Assembly: GCA_026016205.1 (NCBI GenBank)
Contig: CP061209.1
Location: 448,433 to 512,432 of the forward strand
Direction of reading: 5' to 3'
Length of the DNA stretch: 64,000 nt
From: Methanosarcinales archaeon
Lineage (GTDB): Archaea > Halobacteriota > UBA148 > JAUWXC01
Below the pieces are notes generated by a model. The model saw nothing but the letters and a program-made list of their open reading frames with translations, was not told where the DNA came from and searched no databases. Of this stretch, positions 38,509 through 47,845 are shown in pieces. The position numbers and the translations under genes were made by a program. Position 1 is the first letter of the stretch. The number at the start of each line of letters is the position of its first letter.

Positions 38509-39219
38509 ATGAGTCTAAAAACGGTCTTCTTTGACGCATATGGAACACTGCTTGAGTTGGAGAATTACTACCATGACCTTTCAGCGCAGGTATTGGATGG
38601 AGTAGGGTGCGGCATAAACCAACACCACTTCTGGGAGGCGTGGAATGATGAGTTTAACGCTATCATCTTTAACATCATTGAAGGGCAGCGCCCGTTTATG
38701 AACACCAGAACGACGTATAGGGTTAGTTTGGAAAACGCACTTCTCAGGTACGGCGTCTCGGTAAGCGATAAGCAACTGGATGAACTTAATAAAATGTGCA
38801 AAACCCTCCTGGACCAGCGATGCACGATATTGCCATCTACCAGGGGGGTAATTGAGGCGCTAAAACGCAAAGGTGTGAAAATCGGCCTGATTTCCAACGG
38901 CGACAATGATGAATTATCGCATCATTTAGGGGACTTGGCAGGACTTTTCGACGCGACGACCATCTCTGAAAGCGTCAGGGCGTACAAACCCGATGCAAAA
39001 ATATTCCAGGCTGCGCTTAATGGGCTGGAAACCAACCCAACGGAGGCATTGTTTATAGGCGACAATCTTAGAGTCGATGTAAATGGAGCGAATAAAGCGG
39101 GAATTCGCTCGGTATGGTATAATAAAGATGGCAAGCATTCAGCAGATGGCATCAAGCCACACTTCACCATAACCAGCATGAACGAGGTCCTGGAAATCGT
39201 GAAGTTATTATATCGTTAA
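38509..39219 (+). CDS. HAD-superfamily hydrolase (haloacid dehalogenase-like)
   Basis: Motif I FFDAYGTL, SNGD, and motif IV GDNLRVDVNGA. Confidence 0.75.
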   Translation: MSLKTVFFDAYGTLLELENYYHDLSAQVLDGVGCGINQHHFWEAWNDEFNAIIFNIIEGQRPFMNTRTTYRVSLENALLRYGVSVSDKQLDELNKMCKTLLDQRCTILPSTRGVIEALKRKGVKIGLISNGDNDELSHHLGDLAGLFDATTISESVRAYKPDAKIFQAALNGLETNPTEALFIGDNLRVDVNGANKAGIRSVWYNKDGKHSADGIKPHFTITSMNEVLEIVKLLYR

Positions 39220-39234
39220 CGTAATTTTTAGAGC

Positions 39235-39921
39235 TTAACCAAAAAATGATAGTATCACGGCCAGCAATACCGTGATATATATTGCTTCAAAACTGCCCAC
39301 TCCACCAAGATTGAGAAAAGCGCTACCTTCCTCTATCGGATAAAGCAACGTCATCATCCCAATCAAAATGCCCAAAACGCCGCCGACGAGGATTACGGAC
39401 CCCACGTTTCCGGGTGCCAGTATGAGCGCAAAGGGAATGGAAATGAGCACGACATAACTCGGCACGATGATGCCTACCCCGGCCTCTAATCTAGAGAGAA
39501 AATGCGTGGATAGTATCATAATCAACGCAACCGACAGCGTCTCAAGGAAAGGCGCGAGAGACACAACATAAAACGCCAGCAACAGGGGAAGGACAAAGCC
39601 GCCGATGTTAAGCGTAATCTTGGTGTTATATACGGATGGGCTGCCGGTGCTCAGTTCCTCCTCTACTGGCACGGAATACAGTTCGCCAAGCAACCTTGCC
39701 TCGCCACCTGTATAATTTGGCTTTCTCGTTTTCAGCCTAAACACAGGAATCTCCAAAACGCTGAACACCAGCATTGCGACAAGCAGTACGAATAATAAAT
39801 ACGAATCAAGACCCAGCGCAGACCCAATTTCCCCGGTATAACATAGATAAAGGAGTGGCGGCAAAATAAACCCAAATGGCACAAGTACCTTCAGATTCGG
39901 CTCATTCACAATACCTCTCAT
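39235..39921 (-). CDS. Integral membrane protein, function unknown
   Basis: Multiple TM helices. No motif recognised. Confidence 0.4.
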   Translation of the reverse strand: MRGIVNEPNLKVLVPFGFILPPLLYLCYTGEIGSALGLDSYLLFVLLVAMLVFSVLEIPVFRLKTRKPNYTGGEARLLGELYSVPVEEELSTGSPSVYNTKITLNIGGFVLPLLLAFYVVSLAPFLETLSVALIMILSTHFLSRLEAGVGIIVPSYVVLISIPFALILAPGNVGSVILVGGVLGILIGMMTLLYPIEEGSAFLNLGGVGSFEAIYITVLLAVILSFFG

Positions 39922-39968
39922 GAGACCACCATTGCATTATTCACCCACTCTATTACTTAACGATTGTG

Positions 39969-40520
39969 TTATAACCCAAATCCCCGCAGACCTTTCCATT
40001 CCCGCCTTTTCTTTTCAAGATATGAGTACACGGTGCCGTGAGGGGCACCCTCGATTAGCATTTCAATCGCCTTTCGCGCCACTTGCACACAAGTGATATC
40101 ACCTATCATGCCGACTGTTTTTCCATAAATAGATACGTTCACGTCAAGCAAACTCTCGATTAGCTCCCGTGTCCTGCCGTTCTTTCCGATAATTCTCCCC
40201 TTTACCCTCTTCATGTCCTTCTGCGTCATGTCGGATAAATCGATTAAATCAAGCACAAGCGCCTCATCATCGAACAATCGTAACGCATGTTCCGGGCTAA
40301 ACCCTCTGCCAATAGCTTTGACCACATCGCCCGCCCTCATTACATCCAGGGAATTTGGAGAATCAATTGTAACGCTTCCGCTTGCGCTGTCAATCCTAAG
40401 CGTGGCACCAGACCGTTTCTCTATCTGCCTTTTAGTGCTCCCATCAACGCCAATCAACACGGCAACTCTCTCGCTGGGAATCTTAATGTGAATCATTTTG
40501 ACCACCCTTGATTCTTGCAA
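39969..40520 (-). CDS. KH-domain RNA-binding protein (Dim2/Pno1-like)
   Basis: Two KH-like units with GxxG (GKNGRTRELIE). The gene lies downstream of rio1 and aIF1A. An alternative start at 40496 is possible. Confidence 0.7.
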   Translation of the reverse strand: MQESRVVKMIHIKIPSERVAVLIGVDGSTKRQIEKRSGATLRIDSASGSVTIDSPNSLDVMRAGDVVKAIGRGFSPEHALRLFDDEALVLDLIDLSDMTQKDMKRVKGRIIGKNGRTRELIESLLDVNVSIYGKTVGMIGDITCVQVARKAIEMLIEGAPHGTVYSYLEKKRREWKGLRGFGL

Positions 40521-41253
40521 TTACCCCTTCTTCCGAACATTCCACGCCCAGTTTTTTGAAAAACCTGACGACATTTTTTACATCTCTGTGAAAGAACGCT
40601 TCAGCATTAGGGTGCTCTCTGCTAACAGCTTGCCCCATATCGATAAACATGGGGCCATCATGATATAGGATGTTGTACTCGCTCAGGTCAGCATGAACCA
40701 GTTTTGCCTTATTATAAAGAAGTTTCATATTATCCACCACCGCATCGAACTCTTTCTGGGCATCAATCTCATGCGCAATCTCCTGCAGCAATGGTGCCCT
40801 AACGCCATCTTTTCCAATGAACTCCATCACCAAGATGTTACGCCTCACGGCAATTGGCACTGGAACTCTTACGCCCGCTTCATGCGCCACCGCTAAATTC
40901 CGCAGTTCCTTTTTAGCCCATGCAAGCACTACATCCTTTTTATTTTTTAGGATGCCTTTAAACCGTGGGTCTCCGATTATGTAATCCTGCATTGTATTGA
41001 AGTCGCTAGTAGCGATTCGATATATCTTCACGGCCACCTCGCCCTCGGAGCCAATAGCATGAAAAACATGTGCCTCCTTCCCCGTACTCACGGCACCGCC
41101 CATGGCAAGAATGACCTTCTTGTTAGAAAGATGGTAAAGCGCCTTAAGCGTTGGAACATCAAGCACCCTGCCCCAGATTTTTAGGTCCTCTGAGTCCTTC
41201 AGCCTTTTAGGTAACCGCCCAAGTTCCCTATCGATGCGCTCTTCTTCCTTCAT
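40483..41253 (-). CDS. rio1: RIO-type serine protein kinase (Rio1)
   Basis: STGKEAHVF, HADLSEYNIL and IDMGQAV motifs. Confidence 0.85.
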   Translation of the reverse strand: MKEEERIDRELGRLPKRLKDSEDLKIWGRVLDVPTLKALYHLSNKKVILAMGGAVSTGKEAHVFHAIGSEGEVAVKIYRIATSDFNTMQDYIIGDPRFKGILKNKKDVVLAWAKKELRNLAVAHEAGVRVPVPIAVRRNILVMEFIGKDGVRAPLLQEIAHEIDAQKEFDAVVDNMKLLYNKAKLVHADLSEYNILYHDGPMFIDMGQAVSREHPNAEAFFHRDVKNVVRFFKKLGVECSEEGVIARIKGGQNDSH

Positions 41254-41259
41254 TATGCC

Positions 41260-41526
41260 CTACAAAAAGCCTTTACGCTGCAACCAGCCCACTTGCGGAG
41301 AAGTATATCTCCAGATCACATCTGACTTCTCATCCTGAAAGCTCCAGGGCACGACGATTACAACGTCGCCTTCGCGTATCCAAATTCGTTTTTTCATCTT
41401 GCCTGGTATTCGTGCAAGCCTGACTTTTCCATCCATACATCGTACTTTTAGCCTATTGGCGCCAAGCAGCCCCTCTACAATTCCCAGTACTTCCCTGTCT
41501 CGCTCCCGCGGAACCCTGACGCGCAC
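41260..41526 (-). CDS. eif1a: Translation initiation factor aIF-1A
   Basis: S1/OB core [41 protein letters not shown] start; no in-frame alternative start exists before the upstream stop. Confidence 0.85.
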   Translation of the reverse strand: MRVRVPRERDREVLGIVEGLLGANRLKVRCMDGKVRLARIPGKMKKRIWIREGDVVIVVPWSFQDEKSDVIWRYTSPQVGWLQRKGFL

Positions 41527-41558
41527 TACCTCTTCGTTCCCAGTCTTATGCTTCCTAT

Positions 41559-42542
41559 TCAGGCTAACACCTTCCTCACCGGCTCCAAAATTTTGTTCAT
41601 ATATTCAACAGCGCAATTCTTAACATCTAGTGGATGTACTGCCCCCGATATATAATCCCCCTCCAGATCCGTATATTGCGTGTAATGCAGGTCGCCGCCA
41701 AATTTGGGTGGGCGCTTGATGACTGCCTCGGAGAATCGGGGGAAGATGTGATGCTTGAATAGCTCCAACACAGGATTATCTTTGGTCTGCTTTGAAGGAC
41801 AAAAAGCGCTGCTAATTTTTCTCTGAACGTCTTCTGGCGAATCGTCAACAGATATGTAATTGCCCTTTGATGAGGACATCTTTGCCCCATCCAATCCTAC
41901 TAAAATGGGTGTATGTATACAAATGGGCGCTTCTAAACCTATCTTTGGCAAAACCTCTCGTGCGAGCATGTGAATCTTGCGCTGGTCCATGCCACCTACT
42001 GCAACGTCTATACCAAGCTCGATTATATCTGCAACCTGCAGGATAGGATAGATTATATGAGAAGCTTTCATATTAGCAGGATCCCTGGCCAGGAGCATCA
42101 TGCTCCTTATAGCTCTTTTTTCAGGAATGCGTTGCATTAACTTTTGCCACCGCATTTGATATTTAGGGGTCATTTGAAAACCGTCTTTATCTGAAAAACC
42201 ACATTCGTCTGAGCCGCCAAGCACGAATGTTGTCTTAGCTAGATCGAGTCCCAGAGCCACAAATGCCCTTTTATTTTCTCTTGCCATTTCCCGAATTTCT
42301 TCAAGTTCCCCTTTTTCATTTAAATATGCATGCAAATCCGCCAAGAGTATCGTTATATCAAATCCAGCATTTTGCAAATCGATTAATTTGTTCACAGTAA
42401 GGACATGTCCCATGTGGATTTTTCCAGATGGCTCATAGCCCGCATATGCTCTTGGATGTTTTTTGGTGGCTAGCAATGTTTGAAGCCCGTCAAGTGTAAC
42501 AACTTCTTCGACGTTCCTCGTTATCAGCGCAAGTTTATCCAT
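41559..42542 (-). CDS. tyrS: Tyrosyl-tRNA synthetase
   Basis: HIGH-like GKIHMGH and KMSKS-like KMSSS. The 327-aa length matches archaeal TyrRS. Confidence 0.85.
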   Translation of the reverse strand: MDKLALITRNVEEVVTLDGLQTLLATKKHPRAYAGYEPSGKIHMGHVLTVNKLIDLQNAGFDITILLADLHAYLNEKGELEEIREMARENKRAFVALGLDLAKTTFVLGGSDECGFSDKDGFQMTPKYQMRWQKLMQRIPEKRAIRSMMLLARDPANMKASHIIYPILQVADIIELGIDVAVGGMDQRKIHMLAREVLPKIGLEAPICIHTPILVGLDGAKMSSSKGNYISVDDSPEDVQRKISSAFCPSKQTKDNPVLELFKHHIFPRFSEAVIKRPPKFGGDLHYTQYTDLEGDYISGAVHPLDVKNCAVEYMNKILEPVRKVLA

Positions 42543-42649
42543 TTGAATCTACCTAAAGGAGGTTGGCAACCGTTTTAATGTTTTGCCTACGTTGATGGGG
42601 GTTAAGATAAATACTTTAATCATCAGAGGAAATAACGTTTTTAGGAGAT

Positions 42650-43981
42650 ATGATGGCAATTCACCCAATTGAATACCGATACGGCACACAAGAGATGAAA
42701 GAGATTTGGACCGAGAATGCCAGGCTTCGCAAGTTTTTAGAGGTTGAGGCTGCGCTGGCAAAAGCAGAGGCAGATATTGGATTGATTCCCAAAAAATCCG
42801 CAAAAACTATCAGCGCCAGCGTAAACAAAGTCAAGGTTGAACGGGTCAAGGATATCGAGGATAAAATTAGGCACGATGTAATGGCCATGATTCTGGCGCT
42901 TGCAGAGGTGTGCGGCGATGATGGCAAGTGGGTTCACTTTGGTGCTACTTCTAATGATATAACAGATACAGGGCTTGCACTTCAATTCAGAGATGCTACA
43001 GCGCTCTTGGAAGAAAAACTGAAGAGATTAAGAAGCGTGCTGCTCGGCCAGGCCAAAAAGCACAAGTCTACGGTCTGTGCAGGCAGGACGCATGGGCAGA
43101 TTGGCATTCCAACCACATACGGACTCAGATTCGCTATTTGGGCATGCGAGGTTGAGAGGCATCTTCAGCGCTTGGAAGAGTTGAAGCCCCGCATTCTCGT
43201 GGGCCAGATGAGCGGTGCCGTAGGCACTGGAGCTGCTTTCGGTCCCTCTGCAAGAGAGGTTGAAAAAAGGACGATGAAATATCTTGGATTGGGTGCCGTT
43301 GACGCGTCAAACCAGGTCATACAACGCGATAGACATGCAGAATATGTGTTATTCCTGGCAAATGTCGCCACCACACTCGACAAAATATGCATTGAAGTGA
43401 GGAACTTGCAGCGCAGCGAGATCGCTGAAGTTGAAGAAGAATTTGGCAGAGGGCAGGTTGGCTCGTCCACGATGCCGCACAAGCGCAATCCTATTAAATC
43501 AGAGCAGGTATGCGGCCTTGCGAGGGTGATAAGGGGGCACGTCGAGCCTGCCCTGTTGAACAACACGCTCTGGGATGAACGCGACCTTACAAATTCATCC
43601 TGTGAGCGAATCATCCTTCCAGAATCGACGATTCTCACTGACCATGTCCTCAAACTAACGGCAGACGCACTCGAAAACCTGAGATTCAATCATGAGAACA
43701 TCAAGAGAAACCTCGCGATGCTGAAAGGGCTGAACATGGCAGAAGCGGTGATGATAGGGCTTGCAAGGAAAGGTGTCGGCCGCCAGGATGCGCATGAAAT
43801 CATAAGAGACTGTGCCATGAAAGCGCGCGAAACCGGCGAGCACATGAAGGACGTCCTGTGCAAGGAGCCGAGAATAACCAAATATCTCGCGCCAGATGAG
43901 ATAGAGCGATTGATGAACCCAGAGAACTATCTTGGCAATGCAGTAGAGCGTGTCGAAGAAATCGTGAAGAGGTTGAGATAA
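42650..43981 (+). CDS. purB: Adenylosuccinate lyase
   Basis: Fumarate lyase signature GSSTMPHKRNP. Confidence 0.9.
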   Translation: MMAIHPIEYRYGTQEMKEIWTENARLRKFLEVEAALAKAEADIGLIPKKSAKTISASVNKVKVERVKDIEDKIRHDVMAMILALAEVCGDDGKWVHFGATSNDITDTGLALQFRDATALLEEKLKRLRSVLLGQAKKHKSTVCAGRTHGQIGIPTTYGLRFAIWACEVERHLQRLEELKPRILVGQMSGAVGTGAAFGPSAREVEKRTMKYLGLGAVDASNQVIQRDRHAEYVLFLANVATTLDKICIEVRNLQRSEIAEVEEEFGRGQVGSSTMPHKRNPIKSEQVCGLARVIRGHVEPALLNNTLWDERDLTNSSCERIILPESTILTDHVLKLTADALENLRFNHENIKRNLAMLKGLNMAEAVMIGLARKGVGRQDAHEIIRDCAMKARETGEHMKDVLCKEPRITKYLAPDEIERLMNPENYLGNAVERVEEIVKRLR

Positions 43982-44847
43982 ATGCCAGAAAATATAGAAT
44001 CCATATTGAAAAACGGATTTGACGCATGGAAGAAGAACCTGAACATCTGCATACCTTTCATCTTGAACATAATAGGCATAGCAATACTTGCCGTTGTGAC
44101 TGCGCTAGTGGCGATTGCAACAATAATAGGGCCATTAATGCCAATATCTCCAGAGGAAGTGACACCATGGCTGTTGCTCGGTCAAATTCGGCCAATGGCA
44201 GGCATAATCGTGCTGCTGTTCATCGTCTTCATTATTCTGGCAGGCCTGATTGGTGCTTTCTTTTCAGCAGGAGCCATCGGGATGGCGAAGAAGGCAAATA
44301 AGGGCAAAAGAGCCACGCTATCAGACATGGTCGAGCACGGGAAAAGAGTTTCATATCCGTGTTCTTTGCCGATATCATCGTTTTCTTGATTGTACTCATT
44401 GGACTTATCTTTGTAATCCCAGGGCTTTTGTACACGCCCATAGATGTGCTAGTATCAACTCCATGGTCATCCTTATCGTTCATTGGAGGCGTTTTTGCCT
44501 TCGCACTATATGTCATCATCATGAGCGTCGTATTCGTCGCGGTGAAATATGTAATTGTCATTGACAACATCGGCGCAATCCAAGGAATCAAGAAGGGCGT
44601 GGGCTTTTTCTGGGACAATAAACTAAGCGTGCTTATGCTATGGATTGTCATGATGGCGATTTCAATTGGCCTCCTCATAATCTCCTGGATAATGGAGATG
44701 ATACCTTACATGGTGTTCATCTGGCCAATGATCAACATGATGCTGTCCATAGTCGTCATAGCGCCCCTGACCATTGTATGGTGGGCTCGCCTGTATATAG
44801 ATAGGACTGAGGAGCGCGTTGCAAAGGTAGAAGAGCAGGTGGCTTAG
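43982..44847 (+). pseudogene. Polytopic membrane protein gene interrupted by a frameshift near an A-run (paralogue of 46708-47475)
   Basis: ORFs 43982-44389 and 44359-44847 lie in different frames. Read through together (...EHGKR|SFISVFFADIIVFL...) they align with the single intact paralogue (...REGKRNYVRLLLGYVLFL...). Confidence 0.6.
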
Positions 44848-44860
44848 CGAAATTATTCTC

Positions 44861-45292
44861 CTATTTGATTTCCAACTTACCCGGGGCGTATCTTTCCACG
44901 GCTTTGATGAATCCCTCTGGATCTCGGACAAGTATCCAACCAGGGCTCGAAAGAAGGCCCCATTTGCCATATTTAAAGCAGACCGCTCTTCCCCGGACTT
45001 TTATCCTCGCTATTTTCTCAAAGGAATACAAAATTCCTGCTTGAAGCAGAACAGATCCTTTGAACAGTATGCCGTATTCTTTAACTGCAAGCCTGCCGAA
45101 TATAGTGTTCAACCAGAACATGATGGCGAAAAAGCAGACGATGCTGGGGATTGCAAATATGGCTCCTCCCATCTCGTCGTACAGCGATATCGCACCATAC
45201 GTCAGTCCAATCCCGAAGATGGTGAAGAATGCACCGCATATGGGCATCCAGATGCTGCATGCCCACCCTTTGTGTTCGTTATTTCGTTTCAT
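44861..45292 (-). CDS. Hypothetical membrane protein (2 TM plus a PH-like C-terminal domain)
   Basis: ORF with two hydrophobic helices. No family recognised. Confidence 0.4.
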   Translation of the reverse strand: MKRNNEHKGWACSIWMPICGAFFTIFGIGLTYGAISLYDEMGGAIFAIPSIVCFFAIMFWLNTIFGRLAVKEYGILFKGSVLLQAGILYSFEKIARIKVRGRAVCFKYGKWGLLSSPGWILVRDPEGFIKAVERYAPGKLEIK

Positions 45293-45316
45293 ATGACCTA
45301 TATTTTTTCTTTTATT

Positions 45317-45724
45317 CTACCCTCTCTTCTGCTTACTCAACACGTACATGAAGCTCAGTCCCATGGACGCTACAGCCCAGCTGACCATCAAGACCATGTA
45401 TAAGTGTACCAACATCATCTCGCTCATGGTCAATTCAACCGGGAAGAGATTACTGAACGAGAACATCACCGTACCTGCTACTAAACAATATGCGAAATAT
45501 TGGTGACGCTTCTCCTTGAAGAATTCATTGAAATGCATTTTGCGTCGAAGTTCTGCCTCTGTAACCAAGCTGTAACCGAGCAAGCCCACTGTGATGCTTC
45601 CGCAAATCAAGAACGTTATGGTCCAGGGCAGTACCAAGATGGACTCAAAGTCAACGCTAGCAAACCACATCATCGAGAATGTGATCAGTCCACCTAACAC
45701 GCTTCCTGCCAATCCAACTTTCAT
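45317..45724 (-). CDS. Hypothetical membrane protein
   Basis: 4 TM helices. The start was set at the ATG at 45724, downstream of AAGGAGGT. The longer ORF overlaps the upstream gene. Confidence 0.4.
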   Translation of the reverse strand: MKVGLAGSVLGGLITFSMMWFASVDFESILVLPWTITFLICGSITVGLLGYSLVTEAELRRKMHFNEFFKEKRHQYFAYCLVAGTVMFSFSNLFPVELTMSEMMLVHLYMVLMVSWAVASMGLSFMYVLSKQKRG

Positions 45725-45755
45725 AGGTTTTTTCAATTTATTACCTCCTTTTAGT

Positions 45756-46010
45756 TCATTCTTGTTTCCCAAGTTTATACCAGTGATATGCCCATAGTGG
45801 CACGCCAACAATTATTTGCGCTAAGCCTCTAACGAACCCGTACTCGTAGTGCGGATATGATCCATAGGTCGGTGGTGGATAGACGTATACTTTGAGAAGA
45901 ACATTGAGTACTTCTATGGCACCTATTACGGTTAGGATCATCCCAATAAAGCAGACGAGATACAGGTATGCTCGTCCAACATTTATGCTGTCAGGTATCT
46001 TCCAACCCAT
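45756..46010 (-). CDS. Small hypothetical membrane protein
   Basis: 84 aa with two hydrophobic helices. Confidence 0.35.
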   Translation of the reverse strand: MGWKIPDSINVGRAYLYLVCFIGMILTVIGAIEVLNVLLKVYVYPPPTYGSYPHYEYGFVRGLAQIIVGVPLWAYHWYKLGKQE

Positions 46011-46056
46011 TTATATCACCACTCATAAAGAGAAGAAAAAGGAGTGGACGTTTCGC

Positions 46057-46611
46057 CTACCTCCTCTTTTGAACCATATACAATGCTGCTACCACTAACC
46101 CCACAATCGCTGAGATTCCCATGAAGCCTGGCGTTGGTGGTGTTGTATCCACCCGGTATGTCACAAATTCCGGCTCCCCGTATGGTGTTGGCGTCTCTGG
46201 TTCCGGCGCTAAATTCACGCGCCCCCATCCTTTGACCACGACCTTCTCTCCCTCAAAAATAAATATCTCTATCGTATAGTCCTTGTCATTGGGTACCGTC
46301 AACGTGATGGATTCTTGTGCAGTGGTGCCTTTTTCAATTATGCCCATCTCCACTTCATTTCTGTTCATCGTCAGTCCAGTCTGTCGATCGACAGCTTTCG
46401 CCTGTATTTTCACGTCTTCGGCATCGGCATTACCGTTGTTGGTTATCATGGGAGTTATCTCTAGAGTTATTGTGCCGTCGCTCATCGACTTCTGTAGGAT
46501 ATCGACATCTTCTACGTTCAAATACGTCCCAGATTGTTGGCTAATACATCCACTTAGTACCACTGATCCAAGTAGGATCAACATTAGAATTACCCCGAAT
46601 ACTCGTCTCAT
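46057..46611 (-). CDS. Secreted beta-sandwich protein with a lipobox-like Cys and PGF-CTERM
   Basis: Signal MRRVFGVILMLILLGSVVLSGC and C-terminal PTPGFMGISAIVGLVVAALYMVQKRR. Confidence 0.6.
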   Translation of the reverse strand: MRRVFGVILMLILLGSVVLSGCISQQSGTYLNVEDVDILQKSMSDGTITLEITPMITNNGNADAEDVKIQAKAVDRQTGLTMNRNEVEMGIIEKGTTAQESITLTVPNDKDYTIEIFIFEGEKVVVKGWGRVNLAPEPETPTPYGEPEFVTYRVDTTPPTPGFMGISAIVGLVVAALYMVQKRR

Positions 46612-46707
46612 ATAAGTGCCTCCTATGAGTTGATGTTTAATTAATACTTCTTATCGTTTTTCGTTAGAAGATACTGTCGCAAAATTTAACGCAAGCGTGA
46701 AGCGTGA

Positions 46708-47475
46708 TCATTTTACCCCAAGTGCATACTCGGCATAGAAGACCGCATGGAATGTGTAAAGTATCGCGTTGCTAAGCGTTGCGAAGAGCAGGTTGGCTGC
46801 CAGAAGCACATTCTGAGCTGCAGGAAATATCATCATAAACATGGGTGTAGTGAGAACGAAGAAGATAAACATCCGAAGGACATTGTATCCGACTGCTGAA
46901 ACAAATCTGCTTTTGACGAAGGCAAAACTCTTCTTGAAAGATTCAACCACGCCGTAACCGCTGAGCACGATGCCGACGTCAAAGAACAGGATGAAAATGA
47001 GAACGACCACCGGTATCAGTGCCATCGCAATTCCCAGGACAGTCATTGCGGCCAATGCGGCAATCGGGGAGAACGGCAGTAGTATAGGTAGTAGTATAAT
47101 TGATACAATGAAAATCCCTCCAAAAACGACCCCCACTATAACAGCCACAATTATTAGGAAGAGGACATAACCGAGGAGCAGCCTGACGTAATTCCTTTTA
47201 CCCTCTCTGATGAACGTTGAAAAACTTGTCGCACCGGTCTTTCTCGCCTCCCCTGCCATTCCCAGGATACCTGCCATGAAGAACGGCATGGTCAGTATCG
47301 TAAAAAGCGCGTATAGGAGTATTCCCGGCAGCAAGGACCGCATGGATTCTAGAGTGACTTCTTGCGTGGGAATAAATGGGGTTCCAAGCAATGCAAGGAT
47401 GAATGTCACCCCCAGTATGACCGGATTATCCCGAATGATGCCCAATGATCGTTTCAACGCACCTATTACACTCAT
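46708..47475 (-). CDS. Polytopic membrane protein (intact paralogue of 43982-44847)
   Basis: It shares blocks with the frameshifted gene: AGILGMAGEARKTGATSFSTFIREGKR versus AGAIGMAKKANKGKRATLSDMVEHGKR. Confidence 0.5.
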   Translation of the reverse strand: MSVIGALKRSLGIIRDNPVILGVTFILALLGTPFIPTQEVTLESMRSLLPGILLYALFTILTMPFFMAGILGMAGEARKTGATSFSTFIREGKRNYVRLLLGYVLFLIIVAVIVGVVFGGIFIVSIILLPILLPFSPIAALAAMTVLGIAMALIPVVVLIFILFFDVGIVLSGYGVVESFKKSFAFVKSRFVSAVGYNVLRMFIFFVLTTPMFMMIFPAAQNVLLAANLLFATLSNAILYTFHAVFYAEYALGVK

Positions 47476-47596
47476 TTAATCACCTGAGTTTTTTTATTTC
47501 CCCACAACGTTAAAAACATATCGAATTCCTGCTCTGATTATTGCACCGATTTCCCATTTCTTCATTTGTCCCCTCGACTTCAAACCCACTCTGCCC

Positions 47597-47785
47597 TTAG
47601 TATTTCCTTCCTACAAAGTAATATATCCCAACACCGATTATTCCTAAGAACAGACAAACCAAGATCCATACTATCTTCCTCAATAAATCTAAGTCCTCAC
47701 GCTTCACAATGTCCACTATTGCCCATATTAAAATGAGAATTATTAGCGAGATTATTACCAATTCAACATATCCAATCCCAATCAT
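47597..47785 (-). CDS. Small membrane protein, PLD-nuclease N-terminal (PLDc_N)-like
   Basis: Two TM helices with IWAIVDIVKRE ... WILVCLFLGIIGVGIYYFVGRK, resembling the PLDc_N family. Confidence 0.5.
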   Translation of the reverse strand: MIGIGYVELVIISLIILILIWAIVDIVKREDLDLLRKIVWILVCLFLGIIGVGIYYFVGRKY

Positions 47786-47845
47786 TTAATCACCTTGTAA
47801 TATTTTAAAGCCACTTAATTCTCCAGTTTTTTATTTTGCCACCTC

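Noticed and set aside
44339-44348. Programmed -1 ribosomal frameshift at GGGAAAAG in the split membrane-protein gene.
   Set aside because: In the upstream reading frame the codons are GGG AAA AGA. This does not give an X XXY YYZ slippery heptamer in register, and no downstream structure is evident. A simple indel or assembly error is more parsimonious.
47510-47574. A 23-codon minus-strand mini-ORF (MKKWEIGAIIRAGIRYVFNVVGK) in the spacer between two membrane-protein genes.
   Set aside because: There is no RBS or promoter evidence and no recognisable family. It is too short to support from sequence alone.
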